Assembly: GCA_964247055.1 (NCBI GenBank)
Contig: OZ176052.1
Location: 13,640,001 to 13,704,000 of the forward strand
Length of the DNA stretch: 64,000 nt
Source of the DNA: Paragordius varius
Taxonomy: Eukaryota > Animalia > Nematomorpha
Direction of reading: 5' to 3'
Within the stretch, counting starts at the first letter, position 1, and the number at the start of each line of letters is the position of its first letter. Below are positions 55,829 through 64,000 of this stretch, one piece after another. Both the position numbers and the translations under genes were made by a program. The notes below the pieces were generated by a model, which did no database searches, was not told where the DNA came from, and worked only from the letters and a program-made list of their open reading frames with translations.

Positions 55829-58800
55829 CTACCATAGGGCTACCCAAAAAAAATTATGGTGACATCACCTGATCAAATTTGGATTTTAGGTAGCCATTTT
55901 TATTTTTAAAATCTTATAAAATAAATTTTTTAAATATTTAAAAAATTCATAAAAGTTACATTTATAGTCCGATCCCCAAAATATTTGTGGTGATGATGGA
56001 ACTACCATAGGGCTACCCAAAAAAAATTATGGTGACATCACCTGATCAAATTTGGATTTTAGGTAGCCATTTTTATTTTTAAAATCGTAAAAAATAAATT
56101 TTTTAAATATTTAAAAAATTCAAAAAAATTACATTTATACTCCGATCTCGACAATATTTGGGGTGATGATGGAATTACCATAGGGCTACCCAAAAAAAAT
56201 TATGGTGACATCACCTGATCAAATTTGGATTTTAGGTAGCCATTTTTATTTTTAAAATCGTATAAAATAAATTTTTTAAATATTTAAAAAATTCATAAAA
56301 ATTACATTTATACTCCGATCTCGAAAATATTTGGGGTGATGATGGAACTACCATAGGGCTACCCAAAAAAAATTATGGTGACATCACCTGATCAAATTTG
56401 GATTTTAGGTAGCGATTTTTATTTTTAAAATCGTATAAAATAAATTTTTTAAATATTTAAAAAATTCATAAAAATTACATTTAACGATCTCAAAAATATT
56501 TGGGGTTATGATGGAACTACTATAGGGCTACCCAAAAAAAATTATGGCGACATCACCTGATCAAATTTGGATTTTAGGTAGCCATTTTTATTTTTAAAAT
56601 CGTATAAAATAAATTTTTTAAATATTTAAAAAATTCATAAAAATTACATTTATACTCCGATCTCAAAAATATTTGGGGTGATGATGGAACTACTATAGGG
56701 CTACCCAAAAAAAATTATGGCGACATCACCTGATCAAATTTGGATTTTAGGTAGCCATTTTTATTTTTAAAATCGTATAAAATAAATTTTTTAAATATTT
56801 AAAAAATTCATAAAAATTACATTTATAGTCCGATCTCGACAATATTTGGGGTGATGATGGAACTACCATAGGGCTACCCAAAAAATATTATAGTGACATC
56901 ACCTGTACAAATTTGGATTTTAGGTAGCCATTTTTATTTTTAAAATCGTATAAAATAAATTTTTTAAATATTTAAAAAATTCAAAAAAATTACATTTATA
57001 CTCCGATCTCGAAAATATTTGGGGTGATGATGGAACTACCATAGGGCTACCCAAAAAAAATTATGGTGACATCACCTGATCAAATTAGGTAGCCATTTTT
57101 ATTTTTAAAATCGTATAAAATAAATTTTTTAAATATTTAAAAAATTCATAAAAATTACATTTATACTCCGATCTCGAAAATATTTGGGGTGATGATGGAA
57201 CTACCATAGGGCTACCCAAAAAAAATTATAGTGACATCACCTGATCAAATTTGGATTTTAGGTAGCCATTTTTATTTTTAAAATATAAAATAAATTTTTT
57301 AAATATTTAAAAAATTCATAAAAATTACATTTATAGTCCGATCCCCAAAATATTTGGGGTGATGATGGAATTACCATAGGGCTACCCAAAAAAAATTATG
57401 GTGACATCACCTGATCAAATTTGGAGGTAGCCATTTTTATTTTTAATATCGTATAAAATAAATTTTTTAAATATTTAAAAAATTCATAAAAATTACACTC
57501 CGATCTCGACAATATTTGGGGTGATGATGGAACTACCATAGGGCCCAAAAAAAATTATAGTGACATCACCTGATCAAATTTGGATTTTAGGTAGCCATTT
57601 TTATTTTTAAAATCGTATAAAATAAATTTTTTAAATATTTAAAAAATTCATAAAAATTACATTTATAGTCCGATCCCCAAAATATTTGGGGTGATGATGG
57701 AACAACCATAGGGCTACACAAAAAAAATTATGGCGACATCACCTGATCAAATTTGGATTTTAGGTAGCCATTTTTATTTTTAAAATCGTATAAAATAAAT
57801 TTTTTAAATATTTAAAAAATTCAAAAAAATTACATTTATACTCCGATCTCGAAAATATTTGGGGTGATGATGGAACTACCATAGGGCAACCCAAAAAAAA
57901 TTATGGCGACATCACCTGATCAAATTTGGATTTTAGGTAGCCATTTTTATTTTTAAAATCGTATAAAATAAATTTTTTAAATATTTAAAAAATTCAAAAA
58001 AATTACATTTATACTCCGATCTCGAAAATATTTGGGGTGATGATGGAACTACCATAGGGCTACCCAAAAAAAATTATGGCGACATCACCTGATCAAATTT
58101 GGATTTTAGGTAGCCATTTTTATTTTTAAAATCGTATAAAATAAATTTTTTAAATATTTAAAAAATTCATAAAAATTACATTTATACTCCGATCTCGACA
58201 ATATTTGGGGTGATGATGGAACTACCATAGGGCTACCCCAAAAAAATTATAGTGACATCACCTGATCAAATTTGGATTTTAGGTAGCCATTTTTATTTTT
58301 AAAATCGTATAAAATAAATTTTTTAAATGTTTAAAAAATTCATAAAAATTACATTTATAGTCCGATCCCCAAAATATTTGGGGTGATGATGGAATTACCA
58401 TAGGGCTACCCAAAAAAAATTATGGTGACATCACCTGATCAAATTTGGATTTTAGGTAGCCATTTTTATTTTTAAAATCGTATAAAATAAATTTTTTAAA
58501 TATTTAAAAAATTCATAAAAATTACATTTATACTCCGATCTCGAAAATATTTGGGGTGATGATGGAACTACCATAGGGCTACCCAAAAAAAATTATAGTG
58601 ACATCACCTGATCAAATTTGGATTTTAGGTAAACATTTTTATTTTTAATATCGTATAAAATAAATTTTTTAAATATTTAAGAAATTCATAAAAATTACAT
58701 TTATAGTCCGATCCCCAAAATATTTGGGGTGATGATGGAACTACCATAGGGCTACCCAAAAAAAATTATAGTGACATCACCTGATCAAATTTGGATTTTA

Positions 58801-61800
58801 GGTAGCCATTTTTATTTTTAAAATCGTATAAAATAAATTTTTTAAATATTTTAAAAATTCATAAAAATTACATTTATAGTCCGATCCCCAAAATATTTGG
58901 GGTGATGATGGAACTACCATAGGGCTACCCAAAAAAAATTATGGTGACATCACCTGATCAAATTTGGATTTTAGGTAGCCATTTTTATTTTTAAATTCGT
59001 CTAAAATAAATTTTTTAAATATTTAAAAAATTCATAAAAATTACATTTAAAGTCCGATCTCAAAAATATTTGGAGTTATGATGGAACTACCATAGGGCTA
59101 CCCAAAAAAAATTATGGCGACATCACCTGATCAAATTTGGATTTTAGGTAGCCATTTTTATTTTTAAAATCGTATAAAATAAATTTTTTAAATATTTAAA
59201 AAATTCATAAAAATTACATTTATACTCCGATCTCAAAAATATTTGGGGTGATGATGGAACTACCATAGGGCTACCCAAAAAAATTATAGTGACATCACCT
59301 GATCAAATTTGGATTTTAGGTAGCCATTTTTATTTTTAAAATCGTATAAAATAAATTTTTTAAATATTTAAAAAATTCATAAAAATTACATTTATACTGC
59401 GATCTCGAAAATATTTGGGGTGATGATGGAACTACCATAGGGCTACCCAAAAAAAATTATGGTGACATCACCTGATCAAATTTGGATTTTAGGTAGCCAT
59501 TTTTATTTTTAAAATTGTATAAAATAAATTTTTTAAATATTTAAAAAATTGATAAAAATTACATTTATAGTCCGATCCCCAAAATATTTGGGGTGATGAT
59601 GGAACTACCATAGGGCTACCCAAAAAAAATTATGGCGACATCACCTTGATTAAATTTGGATTTTAGGTAGCCATTTTTATTTTTAAAATCGTATAAAATA
59701 AATTTTTTAAATATTTAAAAAATTTATAAAAATTACATTTATACTCCGATCTCAAAGATATTTGGGGTGATGATGGAACTACTATAGGGCTACCCAAAAA
59801 AAATTATGGCGAAATCATCTGATCAAATTTGGATTTTAGGTAGCCATTTTTATTTTTAAAATCGTATAAAATAAATTTTTTAAATATTTAAAAAATTCAT
59901 AAAAATTACATTTATACTCCGATCTCAAAAATATTTGGGGTTATGATGGAACTACTATAGGGCTACCCAAAAAAAATTATGGCGACATCACCTGATCAAA
60001 TTTGGATTTTAGGTAGCCATTTTTATTTTTAAAATCGTATAAAATAAATTTTTTAAATATTTAAAAAATTCATAAAAATTACATTTAAAGTCCGATCTCA
60101 AAAATATTTGGAGTTATGATGGAACTACCATAGGGCTACCCAAAAAAAATTATGGCGACATCACCTGATCAAATTTGGATTTTAGGTAGCCATTTTTATT
60201 TTTAAAATCGTATAAAATAAATTTTTTAAATATTTAAAAAATTCATAAAAATTACATTTATACTCCGATCTCAAAAATATTTGGGGTGATGATGGAACTA
60301 CTATAGGGCTACCCAAAAAAAATTATGGCGACATCACCTGATCAAATTTGGATTTTAGGTAGCCATTTTTATTTTTAAAATCGTATAAAATAAATTTTTT
60401 AAATATTTAAAAAATTAATAAAAATTACATATAGTCCGATCCCCAAAATATTTGGGGTGATGATGGAACTACCATAGGGCTACCCAAAAAAAATTATGGT
60501 GACATCACCTGATCAAATTTGGATTTTAGGTAGCCATTTTTATTTTTAAAATTGTATAGAATAAATTTTTAAATATTTAAAAAATTCATAAAAATTACAT
60601 GTATAGTCCGATCCCCAAAATATTTGGGGTGATGATGGAACTACCATAGGGCTACCCAAAAAAAATTATGTCGTCATCACCTGATCTAATTTGGATTTTA
60701 GGTAGCCATTTTTATTTTTAAAATCGTATAAAATAAATTTTTTAAATATTTAAAAAATTCATAAAAATTACATTTATACTCCGATCTCAAAAATATTTGG
60801 GGTTATGATGGAACTACTATAGGGCTACCCAAAAAAAATTATGGCGACATCACCTGATGAAATTTGGATTTTAGGTAGCCATTTTTATTTTTAAAATCGT
60901 ATAAAATAAATTTTTTAAATATTTAAGAAATTGATAAAAGTTACATTTAAAGTCCGATCTCAAAAATATTTGGAGTTATGATGGAACTACCAAAGGGCTA
61001 CCCAAAAAAAATTATGTCGACATCACCTGATCAAATTTGGATTTTAGGTAGCCATTTTTATTTTTAAAATCGTATAAAATAAATTTTTTAAATATTTAAA
61101 AAATTCATAAAAATTACATTTAAAGTCCGATCTCAAAAATATTTGGAGTTATGATGGAACTACCATAGGGCTACCCAAAAAAAATTATGTCGACATCACC
61201 TGATCAAATTTGGATTTTAGGTAGCCATTTTTATTTTTAAAATCGTATAAAATAAATTTTTTAAATATTTAAAAAATTCATAAAAATTACATTTATACTC
61301 CGATCTCAAAAATATTTGGGGGGATGATGGAACTACTATAGGGCTACCCAAAAAAAATTATGGCGACATCACCTGATCAAATTTAAATTTTAGGTAGCCA
61401 TTTTTATTTTTAAAATCGTATAAAAAAATTTTTTCAAATATTTAAAAAATTTATAAAAATTACATTTAAAGTCCGATCTCAAAAATATTTGGGGTTATGA
61501 TGGAACTACCATAGGGCTACCCAAAAAAAATTATGGCGACATCACCTGATCAAATTTGGATTTTAGGTAGCCATTTTTACTTTTAAAATCGTATAAAATA
61601 AATTTTTTAAATATTTAAAAAATTCATAAAAATTACAGTTATAGTCCGATCCCCAAAATATTTGGGGTGATGATGGAACTTCCATAGGGCTACCCAAAAA
61701 AATTATAGTGACATCACCTGATCAAATTTGGATTTTAGGTAGCCATTTTTATTTTTAAAATCGTATAAAATAAATTTTTTAAATATTTAAAAAATTCATA

Positions 61801-64000
61801 AAAATTACATTTATACTCCGATCTCGAAAATATTTGGGGTGATGATGGAACTACCATAGGGCTACCCAAAAAAAATTATGGTGACATCACCTGATCAAAT
61901 TTAGATTTTAGGTAGCCATTTTTATTTTTAAAATCGTATAAAATAAATTTTTTAAATATTTAAAAAATTCATAAAAATTACATTTATAGTCCGATCCCCA
62001 AAATATTTGGGGTGATGATGGAACTACCATAGGTCTACCCAAAAAAAATTATGGCGACATCACCTGATCAAATTTGGATTTTAGGTAGCCATTTTTATTT
62101 TTAAAATCGTATAAAATAAATTTTTTAAATATTTAAAAAATTCATAAAAATTACATTTATACTCCGATCTCGAAAATATTTGGGGTGATGATGGAAATAC
62201 CATAGCGCTACCCAAAAAAAATTATGGTGACATCACCTGATCAAATTTGGATTTTAGGTAGCCATTTTTATTTTTAAAATCGTATAAAATAAATTTTTTA
62301 AATATTTAAAAAATTCATAAAAATTACATTTATACTCCGATCTCAAAAATATTTGGGGTTATGATGGAACTACTATAGGGCTACCCAAAAAAAATTATGG
62401 CGACATCACCTGATCAAATTTGGATTTTAGGTAGCCATTTTTATTTTTAAAATCGTATAAAATAAATTTTTTAAATATTTAAAAAATTCATAAAAATTAC
62501 ATTTAAAGTCCGATCTCAAAAATATTTGGGGTTATGATGGAACTACTATAGGGCTACCCAAAAAAAATTATGGCGACATCACCTGATCAAATTTGGATTT
62601 TAGGTAGCCATTTTTATTTTTAAAATCGTATAAAATAAATTTTTTAAATATTTAAAAAATTCATAAAAATTACATTTATACTCCGATCTCAAAAATATTT
62701 GGGGTGATGATGGAACTACTATAGGGCTACCCAAAAAAAATTATGGCGACATCACCTGATCAAATTTGGATTTTAGGTAGCCATTTTTATTTTTAAAATC
62801 GTATAAAATAAATTTTTTAAATATTTAAAAAATTCATAAAAATTACATTTAAAGTCCGATCTCAAAAATATTTGGGGTTATGATGGAACTACCATAGGGC
62901 TACCCAAAAAAAAATATGGCGACATCACCTGATCAAATTTGGATTTTAGGTAGCCATTTTTATTTTTAAAATCGTATAAAATAAATTTTTTAAATATTTA
63001 AAAAATTCAAAAAAATTACATTTATACTCCGATCTCGACAATATTTGGGGTGATGATGGAACTACCATAGGGCTACCCAAAAAAAATTATGGGGATATCA
63101 CCTGATCAAATTTGGATTTTAGGTAGCCATTTTTATTTTTAAAATCGTAAAAAATAAATTTTTTAAATATTTAAAAAATTCATAAAAATTACATTTATAC
63201 TCCGATCTCGAAAATATTTGGGGTGATGATGGAACTACCATAGGGCTAACCAAAAAAAATTATGGTGACATCACCTGATCAAATTTGGATTTTAGGTAGC
63301 CATTTTTATTTTTAAAATCGTATAAAATAAATTTTTTAAATATTTAAAAAATTCATAAAAATTACATTTATTGTCCGATCCCCAAAGTATTTGGGGTGAT
63401 GATGGAACTATCATAGGGCTACCCAAAAAAAATTATGGCGACATCACCTGATCAAATTTGGATTTTAGGTAGCCATTTTTATTTTTAAAATCGTATAAAA
63501 TAAATTTTTTAAATATTTAAAAAATTCATAAAAATTACATTTATACTCCGATCCCCAAAATATTTGGGGTGATGATGGAACTACCATAGGGCTACCCAAA
63601 AAAAATTATGGCGACATCACCTGATCAAATTTGGATTTTAGGTAGCCATTTTTATTTTTGAAATCGTATAAAAAAATTTTTCAAATATTTAAAAAATTTA
63701 TAAAAATTACATTTAAAGTCCGATCTCAAAAATATTTGGGGTTATGATGGAACTACCATAGGGCTACCCAAAAAAAATTATGGCGACATCACCTGATCAA
63801 ATTTGGATTTTAGGTAGCCATTTTTATTTTTAAAATCGTATAAAATAAATTTTTTAAATATTTAAAAAATTCATAAAAATTACATTTATACTCCGATCCC
63901 CAAAATATTTGGGGTGATGATGGAACTACCATAGGGCTACCCAAAAAAAATTATGGCGACATCACCTGATCAAATTTGGATTTTAGGTAGCCATTTTTAT
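55829..64000 (+). repeat. Large block duplication, copy B (truncated by window end), offset ~18625 bp then ~17938 bp
   Basis: Same markers as copy A. The offset drops by 686 bp (4 monomers, two carrying 3-bp deletions) near 57960. Confidence 0.93.

Larger units (their letters stand above)
1..64000 (+). repeat. Tandem satellite DNA array, ~173-bp monomer, ~370 head-to-tail copies, running off both window ends
   Basis: The same unit recurs from base 1 (ATAAATT at 1 and 174) to base 64000 with only point substitutions and 1-8 bp indels. Consensus has 45 G+C in 173 bp (26% GC). No non-satellite sequence or orientation switch was seen. Confidence 0.99.

Noticed and set aside
1-64000. CRISPR array or repeat-spacer system
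   Set aside because: There are no unique spacers: every position of the 173-bp unit is repeated, variation is limited to SNPs and small indels, and there are no cas-like ORFs.
1-64000. A single global higher-order repeat
   Set aside because: Marker offsets differ from region to region (5 to ~108 monomers), and no period persisted for more than about two tandem copies.
1-64000. Transposon insertion, rRNA/tRNA genes, promoter or terminator calls
   Set aside because: No non-satellite segment was seen. TATA-like, polyA-like and hairpin-plus-T-run motifs are by-products of AT richness.

Overview
The whole 64 kb is one uninterrupted head-to-tail satellite DNA array of a ~173-bp monomer (about 370 copies, ~74% AT, all in the same orientation). 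Consensus: ATAAATTTTTTAAATATTTAAAAAATTCATAAAAATTACATTTATACTCCGATCTCGAAAATATTTGGGGTGATGATGGAACTACCATAGGGCTACCCAAAAAAAATTATGGTGACATCACCTGATCAAATTTGGATTTTAGGTAGCCATTTTTATTTTTAAAATCGTATAAA. I saw no gene, RNA gene, transposon insertion, CRISPR array, strand inversion or unique sequence. Monomer size and architecture fit eukaryotic centromeric/heterochromatic satellite, but I do not recognise the family or the organism. The informative structure is at two scales. (1) Inside the monomer: a perfect 24-bp AT palindrome, a 58-bp imperfect foldback and an allele-dependent 17-nt hairpin. (2) Across the array: no single fixed higher-order repeat, but a patchwork of recent block duplications (offsets of 5, 9, 10, 11, 12, 13, 17, 28, 41, 47-55 and ~104-108 monomers), monomer subfamilies that turn over along the array, chimeric monomers that localise crossovers, and an in-register two-monomer replacement inside an ~18.6-kb-offset duplication. 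I cannot support a novel protein-coding or defence system here. All offsets were derived by eye from rare marker variants and need computational confirmation.
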